From positions 1-64,000 of IMG/VR virus record IMGVR_UViG_2860819427_000001: 64,000 nt of DNA; one strand, given 5' to 3'. The first letter of the stretch is position 1. Each line of letters opens with the position of its first letter. Origin of the DNA: an uncultured virus (IMG/VR IMGVR_UViG_2860819427_000001). Its lineage: Duplodnaviria > Heunggongvirae > Uroviricota > Caudoviricetes. The notes beneath the pieces were generated by a model that saw only the letters and a program-made list of their open reading frames with translations, was not told the DNA's origin and ran no database searches. This document shows positions 1 to 9,750 of this stretch, one piece after another. Position numbers and translations under genes: made by a program.

Positions 1-1047
1 ATGTCCGCAAATAGAACAGGAAAACGCGTCAAAAAGGAACGTACTTTACGGAAGACTACGAGCAATCTCGATGTGCTTTTCGTACAGTTTCGCGCAATTA
101 AGAAATCGGAGGGGCGAGCGCAATCAACGCTCAACCAATACGAAGACAATTACGGTTTCTTTCTCGAATTTCTTGACCGTAAGGGGATCGCGCGGTCCAT
201 TCACGAAATGAGCCGAGAAGTAATTCGCAGGTATATCGTTTACATGCAAGACGAATGGGTTAAATTCGAGGACCATTATTTTAAGAAGGACGAGCATATG
301 ACGAAAGGGCTTGCGCCGGGGACGATTAATACTCGATTGAAGACCTTGCGCGTGTTCTTTAAGACATTATATGACGAGGATCTTATCGAGCATAACCCGA
401 TGGTCGGTATAAAGAACGTTAACGAACCCGAAGAGGAAGTCGTTATTTTAGACGAGGACGAGCTTCGGTTGTTATTTGCGGCGCCGAATCAACGTGAATA
501 TGCCGACTTCAGGGATTACGTTTTAATGAACGTTTTACTCGACGGAATGATGCGTATTTCTGAAGCGCTAGGGCTCAAGCAGGAAAACTTCGATTTTTCT
601 GCACGTACTTTATATATTCCGGCTACTGTTGCGAAAAATAGACGGGCACGTACGGTTCCTATCGAGTTTGGTACAGCGAAAATGCTAAACGAATTAATAG
701 TAGAAAACCGTGCGGATTTCGAGAGCGAATATATTTTTCTCGCAAACTACGGCGAACGTTTAACGCGCGATCACTTCCGAAAACGCCTCGTTGAATACGC
801 GAAAGAGGTCGGCATAAAGAAGCGGGTGCATCCGCATTTATTCCGACATACGGCGGCAACTATGTACTTGGAGAGCGGTGGAGATATGCGCCATTTACAA
901 ATGTTATTGGGGCATAGTGATTTACGTATGGTTCAAAGATACACGCATCTTTCCGGAAGCTCACTAACGGCTCAACACGAAAAATATTCCGCCATAAATA
1001 AGGTTCGTGGAAAACTAAATAAGCAGCGAAAAATAAAACGGAGATGA
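1..1047 (+). CDS. int: Phage integrase (tyrosine recombinase)
   Basis: Catalytic pattern MRISE...K...HLFRH...LGHS...RYTH with an N-terminal core-binding region. Confidence 0.93.
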   Translation: MSANRTGKRVKKERTLRKTTSNLDVLFVQFRAIKKSEGRAQSTLNQYEDNYGFFLEFLDRKGIARSIHEMSREVIRRYIVYMQDEWVKFEDHYFKKDEHMTKGLAPGTINTRLKTLRVFFKTLYDEDLIEHNPMVGIKNVNEPEEEVVILDEDELRLLFAAPNQREYADFRDYVLMNVLLDGMMRISEALGLKQENFDFSARTLYIPATVAKNRRARTVPIEFGTAKMLNELIVENRADFESEYIFLANYGERLTRDHFRKRLVEYAKEVGIKKRVHPHLFRHTAATMYLESGGDMRHLQMLLGHSDLRMVQRYTHLSGSSLTAQHEKYSAINKVRGKLNKQRKIKRR

Positions 1048-1048
1048 C

Positions 1049-1076
1049 TCGGCCACACGGCCGGGTTATTTTTTTT
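1049..1076 (+). terminator. Rho-independent terminator after int
   Basis: CGGCC-acac-GGCCG hairpin followed by a T run. Confidence 0.75.
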
Positions 1077-1137
1077 GTCCGTTTTCCGAAGTTTATTCGC
1101 AGTTATAAATGACAGACGAAAAAAGTTTCGTAATCCA

Positions 1138-1176
1138 TGTCGCAAAATTGACGGTAACCTACCCGTTATAGAAGTG
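1138..1176 (+). promoter_or_regulatory. Phage-specific motif A, copy 1
   Basis: TGTCGCAAAA-N10-CCTACCCGTTATA-GAAGTG, also at 11215 and 26263, each just upstream of an SD. Confidence 0.7.
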
Positions 1177-1190
1177 AGAGGTGATTACGA

Positions 1191-1529
1191 ATGACAAACG
1201 AACAGCTAGGCGTATTAGACTTACGCGAACACAAATTTACGCAGGTAGCGAGTTGCGTTTTATCTGACCGTAAGATTCTCGATAAGAGCGCGCAGAAGCT
1301 CGTTTACACGATGCTATCAATGCACGCGGACAATCACAGTAAGCGATCATTTCCGTCTATAAAGACGTTGGCAAGCGAATGCTTATGTTCGGAGAATACG
1401 GTTAGGGATGCGTTAAAGAAATTGAAGGCGGTTGGGCTCATCGATATACGCGAAAGGAAATCGCAGGAAAGCGGGCAGTTATCGAACCTTTACGTATTGC
1501 TTCCAATACCGAGCATCTTCGATTCATGA
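1191..1529 (+). CDS. HTH_36-type winged-helix protein (replication-initiator N-terminal domain)
   Basis: SFPSIKTLA...SENTVRDALKKLKAVGLI...SNLYVL pattern; SD GAGGTGA. Confidence 0.75.
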   Translation: MTNEQLGVLDLREHKFTQVASCVLSDRKILDKSAQKLVYTMLSMHADNHSKRSFPSIKTLASECLCSENTVRDALKKLKAVGLIDIRERKSQESGQLSNLYVLLPIPSIFDS

Positions 1530-1720
1530 AGCCGGGGGTTCGTAAGGTGAAGCCGTCCCTTGCTTAAACGATAGACGAACTATACTCATTTACTATATTC
1601 ATTATCTATACTCAATTAAATAATAGCGCTCAATTAAAACCTTTTCGCGCAGATACTTATTAAATAATAATTCTATCGCGATTAGGAATATCCGCAAGAG
1701 TGAGCGAAAGCGAACGATTG
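1527..1720. repeat. Putative replication origin
   Basis: TGAAGCCG at 1527 and 1548 (21-bp period); three 13-bp AT-rich tandem repeats at 1580-1618; GAGCGAAAGCGAA motif. Confidence 0.5.
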
Positions 1721-1754
1721 CTAGGTCTTAATAATAAACGAAAGGATGAGCGAT

Positions 1755-1919
1755 ATGTTTAGCGAAAAAGAACTCCTCGTTATTCTTGACGGATTAAAAG
1801 AGTTAGACCCAGAAACGCAGTATTACCATGACGGAGAATATACCGGCACTCCATCCGATTTGCGCGCCAAGGTATTGCGACTAATTAACGAAGGAGGCGA
1901 CGCCAACCATGGCGATTGA
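1755..1919 (+). CDS. Hypothetical protein (54 aa)
   Basis: SD AAAGGA, ATG, open frame MFSEKELLVILDG...; below ORF-track cutoff. Confidence 0.55.
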   Translation: MFSEKELLVILDGLKELDPETQYYHDGEYTGTPSDLRAKVLRLINEGGDANHGD

Positions 1920-2232
1920 AATCCCGATCTCACCCGATTACAAACTGACGTCCGACTCGCTTAACATCATCGTAAATGAACGCTATTTCACCGACCCGAC
2001 AAAAGCGCCGAGCTGGCCGAAGAAGCTCGCGGAGGACCCGAACGCTGATCCGACGCCAAAGGAAAAATGGCGCGAAGTAGCGTACCACTCAACGGTCGAA
2101 CGCGCGGTACTCGACGTAATGAATCGGCGGTTGCGCGACTCGGGTGCGACATCGCTGGCGGAATTAGCACGATTAATACGGGAGTTTCGCGAGGAAATAG
2201 CGGCTTTACTGGCGGTCGGGGGCAATCGGTAG
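1909..2232 (+). CDS. Hypothetical phage protein
   Basis: SD AAGGAGG; operon position. Confidence 0.75.
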   Translation: MAIEIPISPDYKLTSDSLNIIVNERYFTDPTKAPSWPKKLAEDPNADPTPKEKWREVAYHSTVERAVLDVMNRRLRDSGATSLAELARLIREFREEIAALLAVGGNR

Positions 2233-2279
2233 GGTAAGCGGTAAAACGTGAAAATACACGGAATGGAGGCGGCGAAAAC

Positions 2280-2477
2280 ATGACCGAAGAAGTTAAACGA
2301 TTGCGATGTGCTGTGGCGGATCTGATTGGCGAGAATGAGCGGTTGAAGACAAAAATTAATTGGTTAGAGGAAGGCATCGAGGATGTCGTCGGATTGGTTT
2401 ACAAACACGTAGATAACATGAGCGAATTATATGCCGAAGCTGAACGCTTAGATGATATAAAGGAGGCGCTAAAATGA
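2280..2477 (+). CDS. Small coiled-coil hypothetical protein
   Basis: SD GGAGG. Confidence 0.65.
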   Translation: MTEEVKRLRCAVADLIGENERLKTKINWLEEGIEDVVGLVYKHVDNMSELYAEAERLDDIKEALK

Positions 2478-2596
2478 GAAGCAAAGACGACATTATCGAG
2501 GACATGAGGCAGATCAAAGTAGAGATCGACGATCTTTACGAGGAACTTCGCGAATTAAAAGCCGAATTAAACTCGATAGAGGAGGCGTTAAAGTGA
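2474..2596 (+). CDS. Small coiled-coil hypothetical protein (40 aa)
   Basis: SD AGGAGG; ATGA overlap with the previous stop. Confidence 0.6.
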   Translation: MRSKDDIIEDMRQIKVEIDDLYEELRELKAELNSIEEALK

Positions 2597-2934
2597 AGCC
2601 GACAATCACGAAGGAACAGGCGGAGGAATTAGAAGCGATGAGAAATTCGTTTCCAGCGGGCGATAAACACATCCTTATGGCGTCCTGCGACGAAGTTCTA
2701 GGGGGTAAGCTTGCGCAACTCGACCTCCTAACGCTTGCAACTGCACTAGTCAACGGATACGAAGTCGAAGCGACGCCGGAAGGCCGGGTACGCGAGTATT
2801 ACGCCGAACTTCAGGAAAAGGAACGGGCGGCGCAATCCCGGGGCGTTACGTTCAGTTTGGAATGCGAAAGGGAAGGCGTTATCAATACGCTCAATCTTCT
2901 CGGAATCAAAATCGAAGGAGTGAACGCGCGATGA
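2593..2934 (+). CDS. Hypothetical phage protein
   Basis: SD GGAGG; GTGA overlap. Confidence 0.7.
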   Translation: MKPTITKEQAEELEAMRNSFPAGDKHILMASCDEVLGGKLAQLDLLTLATALVNGYEVEATPEGRVREYYAELQEKERAAQSRGVTFSLECEREGVINTLNLLGIKIEGVNAR

Positions 2935-3299
2935 CAACGTATGAAACGAAGCCGGTTGCCAATTGGAATACGCGCGATTTTCAAGCGTATTTGAAAGCGG
3001 AGCACCAGCGGCTCTACGGCGTCCCTTACGTCCCCATGCACGGATATCGAGCCGAAGCGGGTATGCTCGGACGTTGGGTCGGTACAAAACGAAAGCCGGG
3101 CGAATACGGGCCGGAGATAACGAAGCGATTCATCGACATGTGCTTCGCGGATTATAAGCCGTCCATAGACTGGCCGGGCGTAAGCTTCGGATGGATGCAG
3201 CCGTATATGGGGCGAAACTTGCAGCGGGCGGTCAGCGCAGTTCTAGCGGAAGAGGCAAGGGGCAAACGGAATAGCAGCGTGGATGATACGTGGTTCTAG
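2931..3299 (+). CDS. Hypothetical replication-module protein
   Basis: SD AAGGAG before the ATG at 2931; the track start at 2862 lacks an SD. Confidence 0.7.
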   Translation: MTTYETKPVANWNTRDFQAYLKAEHQRLYGVPYVPMHGYRAEAGMLGRWVGTKRKPGEYGPEITKRFIDMCFADYKPSIDWPGVSFGWMQPYMGRNLQRAVSAVLAEEARGKRNSSVDDTWF

Positions 3300-3325
3300 C
3301 GCGCCCGGCGGCTGGACGCCGATAA

Positions 3326-3421
3326 TTAGCGTCCAAGGAGTGCGAAAATAGGTTTTCTGAATGCGAAAACAAATGCCGCTGTAAGAGCGATAACTACTTT
3401 ATCTTCGGTTGATACTTTCAT
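3326..3421 (-). CDS. 31-aa hydrophobic peptide MKVSTEDKVVIALTAAFVFAFRKPIFALLGR
   Basis: SD AAAGGAGG; extended -10 TGnTACAAT; LexA box upstream. Confidence 0.65.
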   Translation of the reverse strand: MKVSTEDKVVIALTAAFVFAFRKPIFALLGR

Positions 3422-3469
3422 GAATCGAACCTCCTTTCGGTAACTCAGGTATATTGTACCACATAAATA

Positions 3470-3483
3470 CGAATATGTGTTCG
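3470..3483. promoter_or_regulatory. LexA (SOS) box
   Basis: CGAATATGTGTTCG versus the Bacillus consensus CGAAC-N4-GTTCG. Confidence 0.7.
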
Positions 3484-3514
3484 GTTTTTATAAAAATTCG
3501 GGAGGGATTACGTA

Positions 3515-4564
3515 ATGGTTGAAACGAAAAAGTATGCGCGGGTTCTGGGTGCAACGTATGGACCGGCTTGGTATGCGGATAAGGTTGGTCGGGTATTCGA
3601 GGTAGAAAGTGAGAGCTGTACCTATCTCGTCCGAACAGGACCGCATCATTTATCGGCAATCCTAAAAGAAGACGCCGAACTCATCGTCACTGAAAAGCGT
3701 CCGGCCAAAGTCGGCGAGCGCGTGTTGATTACGGTAGCTGCACCGATTGGAAAACAAGCCTATGAGACAGGAGATATTTTCGTAGCAGAATCACTATATG
3801 ATCCGTTCACTAAAGACATACGAGTTTTAGGAATGCCGGATTTTATCGACTATAACGAATACGAAGTCATCGTCAATAACGAAGTTAAAAACGAGGAGGC
3901 TGACGGAATGAAAATCGATTTGAGCGCAATGGGATACGATGAACTAATCGCTCACGGCGAAGACGTAATGCGGGCGATCAGGCTGCGCGCTTATGGTGAA
4001 GGCTATCGGCAAGGTAAGTTCGACGCGGAGATGGATTCTACGCACGGTCAGGCTCCGATTGTAAGCGCACAAGCACGCCGTGATGAAATCGTTGAGCAGG
4101 CGAAGGCGGATGTTGAGCGACTTAAGGAGAATAACAGACGGCTGAGGACGTTTAACATTTCGTTAGAGGTTAATCGAAAAGACCGATCCGTTGAAGCTAT
4201 CGCAAAGAGACCAAAGAGTAATAGGGCGTTTTATGGAATCGCCAAAGCAGCACCGGACGACTGCTTCAACGTTCATATCGGTCGTGCGATCGCGCTAAGA
4301 CGTGCGCTAGGCTTGGTGGTGCCGGACGAATATTTAAATGCGCCGCAGCCGACTGAGGTTCGTGTGGGTGACGTGGTTTATGGAAAGTACTCGGAGGCTT
4401 ACTACCAGCTCTGGTGTGAAGACGAAATCGGCGATGTCAGCTACGAAGCAAAGATTAAAGAAATTGTGGATGGTAAATACCGATATGTCGGCGGAGGGTA
4501 CGATTTTATAGAGGACGCTGACCTAACGATTATCGACGACTCACGCGAAGAGGTGGGCGAATGA
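3515..4564 (+). CDS. Multi-module hypothetical protein (SH3/KOW-like repeats)
   Basis: Repeated AKVGERV/VRVGDVV motifs; SD GGAGG. Confidence 0.7.
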   Translation: MVETKKYARVLGATYGPAWYADKVGRVFEVESESCTYLVRTGPHHLSAILKEDAELIVTEKRPAKVGERVLITVAAPIGKQAYETGDIFVAESLYDPFTKDIRVLGMPDFIDYNEYEVIVNNEVKNEEADGMKIDLSAMGYDELIAHGEDVMRAIRLRAYGEGYRQGKFDAEMDSTHGQAPIVSAQARRDEIVEQAKADVERLKENNRRLRTFNISLEVNRKDRSVEAIAKRPKSNRAFYGIAKAAPDDCFNVHIGRAIALRRALGLVVPDEYLNAPQPTEVRVGDVVYGKYSEAYYQLWCEDEIGDVSYEAKIKEIVDGKYRYVGGGYDFIEDADLTIIDDSREEVGE

Positions 4565-4713
4565 CTTTAAAATATACGATGAGTGAGGCGGAGATCGTCG
4601 AAGCTATGGTCCAGTGGCTTAAGCAGCGAGGGTACGCGGCGACAAAAGGAAGGTTCGTGATAAATCAATGGAATACGGAAGTAAAAGCGGAGTTTACTCT
4701 GCGCAAGAATTAA
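4561..4713 (+). CDS. Hypothetical protein (50 aa)
   Basis: SD GAGGTG; ATGA overlap. Confidence 0.5.
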   Translation: MTLKYTMSEAEIVEAMVQWLKQRGYAATKGRFVINQWNTEVKAEFTLRKN

Positions 4714-4732
4714 CGAAAGGAGGTTCGCAAAT

Positions 4733-5512
4733 ATGACTAACGAAAACACTTGCGTACTCGCTGACGGATGCAAAGCGGCCGGGACCGACGCATGTACGCG
4801 GCACTGTACGCATTTCATCGCAATGCACGGCGCGTCAGGCGAAGGCGGGCGATCAGGGGCGGCAGGGCTTCCGCGTGAGTACCGGCTCGTCACGCTGAAA
4901 AATTCGCCGGCGCGCGCTGACCAAGCCGAAGCTTATAAGTCCGCCGAAACTTATGCGGCATCCTTTGCGCGGCAGTTCGAACAGAGCGGACCAGTTGCGC
5001 CGGCCGACCGCATTAAAGACCTGTATCTGTTCAGCGAATCGCCCGGCACCGGAAAGACGACGACGGCTGCCGCACTCCTTAACGAATGGCTGCGCGTCCA
5101 TTATAGCGGCTCCCTACGGCGCGGCCTCGAACCATTACAGCGGCCGGCGTATTTCCTCGATGTGAATGCGTGGCAGAACGACTATAACGAATTCAATCGC
5201 CCACGTGTACCGGACTCAGTCGCAGAGCCGGCGGCCGCCCGTTATTATCGCGCATTAGAAACGGCAAAGAAGGCACCGTTTGCGGTGTTGGACGACATCG
5301 GAGTAAGAGATGCGAAAGACGGCTTCCGCGGCGACCTACACACCGTTATTAACGCAAGGGCAACGAATCAGCTACCGACGATCTACACGAGCAACATTGC
5401 GCTCGATCAGCTTTGGCAAGTATTCGGTGAGCGACGTCTGGCCGATCGGGTGGGCGACCTATGCCGCGAAATTGAATTCGTAGGCGAATCGAAAAGGGGG
5501 ATGCGTAGATGA
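4733..5512 (+). CDS. DnaC/DnaI-like helicase loader ATPase
   Basis: Walker A PGTGKTT, VLDDIG, TIYTSN, C-terminal GESKR; N-terminal Cys cluster. Confidence 0.88.
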   Translation: MTNENTCVLADGCKAAGTDACTRHCTHFIAMHGASGEGGRSGAAGLPREYRLVTLKNSPARADQAEAYKSAETYAASFARQFEQSGPVAPADRIKDLYLFSESPGTGKTTTAAALLNEWLRVHYSGSLRRGLEPLQRPAYFLDVNAWQNDYNEFNRPRVPDSVAEPAAARYYRALETAKKAPFAVLDDIGVRDAKDGFRGDLHTVINARATNQLPTIYTSNIALDQLWQVFGERRLADRVGDLCREIEFVGESKRGMRR

Positions 5513-6021
5513 AAACGGAATTCACCTTCGGAGATATCGTCTCGGTTGCCGGGTATGAAAATCGGATATTCTACGTCGATGCTTGGCGCGAAGTAAAGGA
5601 AACCGATGAATGGGGCGTAAGTGAATACGTCGAGTTCGAACTGACCGACGCGATTAACGGTGAATTCCTCGACGCGTTCGAAACGGATATGCGACTTGTC
5701 TGTCGGAAACAGTTTGCGGAAGATTACCTTTTAGAGTACGACGAGACGAATTATCCGGAGCCGACGGGCGCGGCGTTCCATTTTGCGGACATTTTTCCGA
5801 CATTACCAAGCGTAGAAAGCGTCGCGGAGATAGGAAAAGGACTCAAAAAGGTGGCGAGTGATATGGCGAAAAAGAAAGCGCAGGATGAGGTGAAACAAAT
5901 CGACGGGCTGCTGGACGAATACAACGATAACATGCGTCTGTACGAGGCGTTCGGGGATGCGGAATATAAAACGAAGGCTGACGCTGTGATGACGAAGTTG
6001 AGACGGGAGGCGAGCGAATGA
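5509..6021 (+). CDS. YodN-like hypothetical protein
   Basis: FGDIVSVAGY...IDGLLDEYND...FGDAEYK pattern recalled from B. subtilis YodN. Confidence 0.5.
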   Translation: MKTEFTFGDIVSVAGYENRIFYVDAWREVKETDEWGVSEYVEFELTDAINGEFLDAFETDMRLVCRKQFAEDYLLEYDETNYPEPTGAAFHFADIFPTLPSVESVAEIGKGLKKVASDMAKKKAQDEVKQIDGLLDEYNDNMRLYEAFGDAEYKTKADAVMTKLRREASE

Positions 6022-6242
6022 AGCGCAGAATTAGGTACGTTTATACGGATGAAGAGTGGGCTAAACAGGTCCGCATAGAAAACATGATCTTCTTCGTCCT
6101 ATCCCCGATATACTTACCACTAGTCGCGATTTACTATATCGGGGAAGGCGCTTTATATATGGCGGAAGGGATTGCGTTAGGAGTAAGAGCAATAGTTAAA
6201 CGGATTTTCTTTCGTAAAAATCGGAAGGAGGCGAGCGAATAA
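6018..6242 (+). CDS. Small membrane protein
   Basis: Hydrophobic core; SD GGAGG. Confidence 0.6.
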   Translation: MKRRIRYVYTDEEWAKQVRIENMIFFVLSPIYLPLVAIYYIGEGALYMAEGIALGVRAIVKRIFFRKNRKEASE

Positions 6243-6622
6243 TGGGAGTCGAATTTTATGCGTGTGATTGTTGCGGAGATAGCAGATACGAGGAATACGT
6301 TGATCATTGCGGATCTTGTGGGCACAGACTCGGAACGTGCTGCGTGGAGAATGACTATATTGGATCGAGCTACGCGTATGACTACGGAGTAAGATTTGAC
6401 GGGTCCGAAGAGCAAATCGAAGAGTACGAAATCGACCCGGAAGACTACGAGATAGACGATATAATTAAAGATTCCGGCATTGATCCGAAGTATTGTCCGT
6501 TTTGCTTAGGAAAAGTAGTAGCGAAAGAAGATTTATTCGATTATCTGTTAAAGAAATACGGATTAACCTTCGATGAGGTAAAAGCGGAATACCTTGCCCA
6601 AAAAGGAGCTGATCGCGGTTGA
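6242..6622 (+). CDS. Acidic Cys-rich (Zn-finger) hypothetical protein
   Basis: Several CxxC motifs. Confidence 0.65.
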   Translation: MGVEFYACDCCGDSRYEEYVDHCGSCGHRLGTCCVENDYIGSSYAYDYGVRFDGSEEQIEEYEIDPEDYEIDDIIKDSGIDPKYCPFCLGKVVAKEDLFDYLLKKYGLTFDEVKAEYLAQKGADRG

Positions 6623-8013
6623 ACTACGGAACTTTACTAATATCGAAAGCCATCGAAGCGAACGACCCCAACGCCCTGCTGCGCTTCAATATTTCGGAAG
6701 CCGACTTCCAAACGCAGGTCGAACGCAAGGCCTTCCGGTACGTAATGGATTACGCGGAGAAATACCGAGGCCAAGCGCCGACAGCCGAAATGGTCGCGAA
6801 TGAGGTGCCGGAATTCCAGCCGGATTTTAATATCGAAGCGAGCTACGATTATCTTGCGAAAAACCTCAAAGACCGGGCGGCCGAGCGCGAATTTATCGAG
6901 CTTATGAACGGACGTATTGATCCGGAAACCAACCGCCAAGTTCAGGAGCCGCAACTCGAAAAACGATTTATCGAAGCGCAAAAAAGCGGTGATATGGGAA
7001 AATTCTTCGAGTGGTTGACGGGGCAGGCCGAAAGTCTTAAAATGAGAACAAACGTTCGAAATTCGGTCGGGACGGATATCAAACGAGACATCGACAAGTT
7101 TAAAGCGGAGTATGAAAACCGTAAGGCCGGCGAGTCCTTTCGGATCTGGCGCAGCAAATTCGACTTTATTAATAAGGCTATGGGCGGCTATGTATCGTCT
7201 AACGTCTACGTTATTTACGGAAAGTCGGGGCGCGGAAAGTCGGCCATTGCGTTGGAGGAAGTCGTTAATTGTGCGATGCAGGGGGCGAACGTTCTGATAT
7301 GGTCGATGGAGATGGGCTGGTACGAAGTGCTCGTGCGCTTATACGTATCAATTTCCGGAACCATGGGTGTTACGACTGCGACTCTGGACGGCGTGGATAT
7401 GGAGGCCGGCTTTAATTCGCAAGACGTTAAATACGCCAAGCTTTCCGAGGAATTTGAAGCCGGATTCATGGATTTTATTGCGCGTCTAAACGAAATTATT
7501 CCGGGGAATATAACCGTTCGGGGTGTTGACGATGAGGACTTTAACTCTCGGTCATTGCGCGACCTAAAAGCGGATATTATCGAAACCAAAGCCGACGTAG
7601 TTCTCGTAGATCCCTTTTATTATTTAGACTACGAACGCAATACTTCGAAAACGGCAGGCGGCGATGCGGCTGAGACTTCGAAAAAGATGCGCAGACTATG
7701 TGGAACGACTACTGCTACATTTTTTGCGATCACACAAGCGGATGAGGACGACGAAAAGAAAGAAGAGGACGGAACCCGGGAACTTAAGTTAGCGCAACGT
7801 AAGGACGTGTTGAAGACGAAAGCCTTGCTACAAGATGCAGCAACGTTAATCGTAGTAGATACGGACGCTAAACAAGGCCGTGGACTTATCGGGATCAATA
7901 AAGGTCGCGACGGCGGCGAAGGAGAGGTCGCAGAGATTATTTATCTGCCGCAAATAGGCGTAGTGAAGCAGCCGGAAACGGGCGTCGGGGCTGCGGCTCA
8001 GTTCGGTTTCTAA
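6619..8013 (+). CDS. DnaB-like replicative helicase
   Basis: Walker A GKSGRGKS, SMEM, VLVD, LLQDA, NKGRDG. Confidence 0.9.
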   Translation: MNYGTLLISKAIEANDPNALLRFNISEADFQTQVERKAFRYVMDYAEKYRGQAPTAEMVANEVPEFQPDFNIEASYDYLAKNLKDRAAEREFIELMNGRIDPETNRQVQEPQLEKRFIEAQKSGDMGKFFEWLTGQAESLKMRTNVRNSVGTDIKRDIDKFKAEYENRKAGESFRIWRSKFDFINKAMGGYVSSNVYVIYGKSGRGKSAIALEEVVNCAMQGANVLIWSMEMGWYEVLVRLYVSISGTMGVTTATLDGVDMEAGFNSQDVKYAKLSEEFEAGFMDFIARLNEIIPGNITVRGVDDEDFNSRSLRDLKADIIETKADVVLVDPFYYLDYERNTSKTAGGDAAETSKKMRRLCGTTTATFFAITQADEDDEKKEEDGTRELKLAQRKDVLKTKALLQDAATLIVVDTDAKQGRGLIGINKGRDGGEGEVAEIIYLPQIGVVKQPETGVGAAAQFGF

Positions 8014-8147
8014 GCTGATTGGAATTTATCGGATGATATTGTCAACAATTACATCTAAATTTTTGAATAGTTTCGACAAATTGCGACTGTAAATTTCGTA
8101 ACAATGTCGTAATATAATTTACAAGTCTCGAAAGGAAGTGTCTCGAA

Positions 8148-9143
8148 TTGCCGATATTAACTTTGAATGGACGTTTTGTGGACGTCGACATTCGGTATGA
8201 GCTCGAACAATTCGACTGGACTCGGCCGACGTGGGGCGATGAACGCCTGCTGGCCGCCAGTCCATTCAGATACGATCGGACTCCGAGCTTTTACGTATAC
8301 CTCGAAGACACAGCGTCGGCAAAAGCCGGCTATTGGGGCGACTCAGGCGCCTATGACGAAGAGTTTGCGCGCGGTGGGTTCGTTAAACTGCTCGCTTTCC
8401 TGCGCGGCGAAACCGAAGATGACGCAGTCGATTACTTATTGGAAACGTATGCACCGGCGGCTGAAGACGGACGTATGGCGCTTAGGCTACCGAAATTAAA
8501 GGCCGTCACGAAACCGGAGCCTTTAGCGGAATCGGTACTCGCTGACACAACGCCGGGACCTAACGCTTATCTGGTAGGCCGAGGCATTGCGGGCGCGGTA
8601 CAAGAAGAGGCCGGCGTATCGCTTGCGGGAAATGCGGTCGCGATTCCTTGGCGGCTTCCTGACGGGCGGCTGGCTAACGTAAAGTACCGAGCAACGAAGG
8701 GGAAGGCGTTCTGGTACGTAAAAGGCGGAATGCCTATCCGGTATTTAGTCTACGGAATGGATCTCGTATATGCGCAGCGGCTTAAAAGCGCGGTGATATG
8801 CGAGGCCGAGATCGATGCTATGGCGTGGCGATCAGCGGGCATACCTGCGATCGGAACAGGCGGCAGCACATTTAATTTACAGAAGGCGGACATAATTGCG
8901 CAGTCTCCTATCGAATATTTAACGGTAGTTACAGATAACGACAAAGCTGGCGAAAAGTTACGGCGGGAGATTGAGCGTTATTTGATCGGAAAGGTGCGGC
9001 TTGCGCACGGTTATATTACGGAGGTGAAAGACGCTGATGAACTACTTATGAAGCGCGGTACAGAAGCGTTGAGAGACGTGTATGATCGTGCGGAGGTCGT
9101 GAGGAATACATTACGTTTAGGTTCGGGAATTCCCGTACTTTAG
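8148..9143 (+). CDS. DNA primase (TOPRIM)
   Basis: ICEAEIDAM, TDNDKAG and KDADE motifs. Confidence 0.88.
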   Translation: MPILTLNGRFVDVDIRYELEQFDWTRPTWGDERLLAASPFRYDRTPSFYVYLEDTASAKAGYWGDSGAYDEEFARGGFVKLLAFLRGETEDDAVDYLLETYAPAAEDGRMALRLPKLKAVTKPEPLAESVLADTTPGPNAYLVGRGIAGAVQEEAGVSLAGNAVAIPWRLPDGRLANVKYRATKGKAFWYVKGGMPIRYLVYGMDLVYAQRLKSAVICEAEIDAMAWRSAGIPAIGTGGSTFNLQKADIIAQSPIEYLTVVTDNDKAGEKLRREIERYLIGKVRLAHGYITEVKDADELLMKRGTEALRDVYDRAEVVRNTLRLGSGIPVL

Positions 9144-9159
9144 GTCGGCGGAGGTTGTA

Positions 9160-9390
9160 TTAACCCTCCGTGTTGCTGTCGGATACCTCAATCCATTCGT
9201 ACAGATCTTCGGGCGCGCAACCGAGCATCATTGCGATATTGTAGGTTCGTTCGATGCTCGGCAGGTTCCGAAGCCTGACGTAATCGGACATTTGCGTTTT
9301 TGATACTCCGACCATTGCTGCGAGCTGACTGAGGCTAATTCCGCGTTTTTTGCATAGTTCGGGTATCCGACATTTGCCGACCTTAAACGT
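9160..9390 (-). CDS. Xre-family HTH regulator
   Basis: SQLAAMVGVSKTQMSDY HTH; SD spacing favours an ACG start at 9390. Confidence 0.8.
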   Translation of the reverse strand, partial: TFKVGKCRIPELCKKRGISLSQLAAMVGVSKTQMSDYVRLRNLPSIERTYNIAMMLGCAPEDLYEWIEVSDSNTEG

Positions 9391-9452
9391 AACAAACACC
9401 TCCGTACTACATCAGATAAGGTGTCACGGAGGAAATTATAGACTATTTCCGT

Positions 9453-9674
9453 TTAATTTTCCACATCGTCAGGTACAATTCGAACAACCTTCTCGATAGG
9501 AACATCGAGAAATTGGCATATAACATCGATCGTACCTATGTACATAGTAGCGTTTTTAGTCATGTGCTGCTTCTTAATACTTGCCTGTGTGTCAGGAGAA
9601 ATGCATTTTCTTAGGTGACTAGGCTTTAGTCCTCTTTCTTTTAAAGTCTGGTATAAGGGCGAAAAATCAACCAT
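9453..9674 (-). CDS. Cro/C1-type HTH regulator
   Basis: DFSPLYQTLKERG...TIDVICQFLDVPIEKVV; SD AAGGAG. Confidence 0.8.
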   Translation of the reverse strand: MVDFSPLYQTLKERGLKPSHLRKCISPDTQASIKKQHMTKNATMYIGTIDVICQFLDVPIEKVVRIVPDDVEN

Positions 9675-9690
9675 TTAAATACTCCTTTTA

Positions 9691-9750
9691 AAAAAATGTC
9701 GGTACTACTGAACAAAAAATGTAGACACCGCTGAACATTTATCGTATGAT
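9691..9750 (+). promoter_or_regulatory. aimR sigma-A promoter with tandem 23-bp operator-like repeats
   Basis: TAGACA-N17-TATGAT (9722-9750); repeats AAAAAATGT-N4-AC-N2-CTGAAC at 9691 and 9714. Confidence 0.6.
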
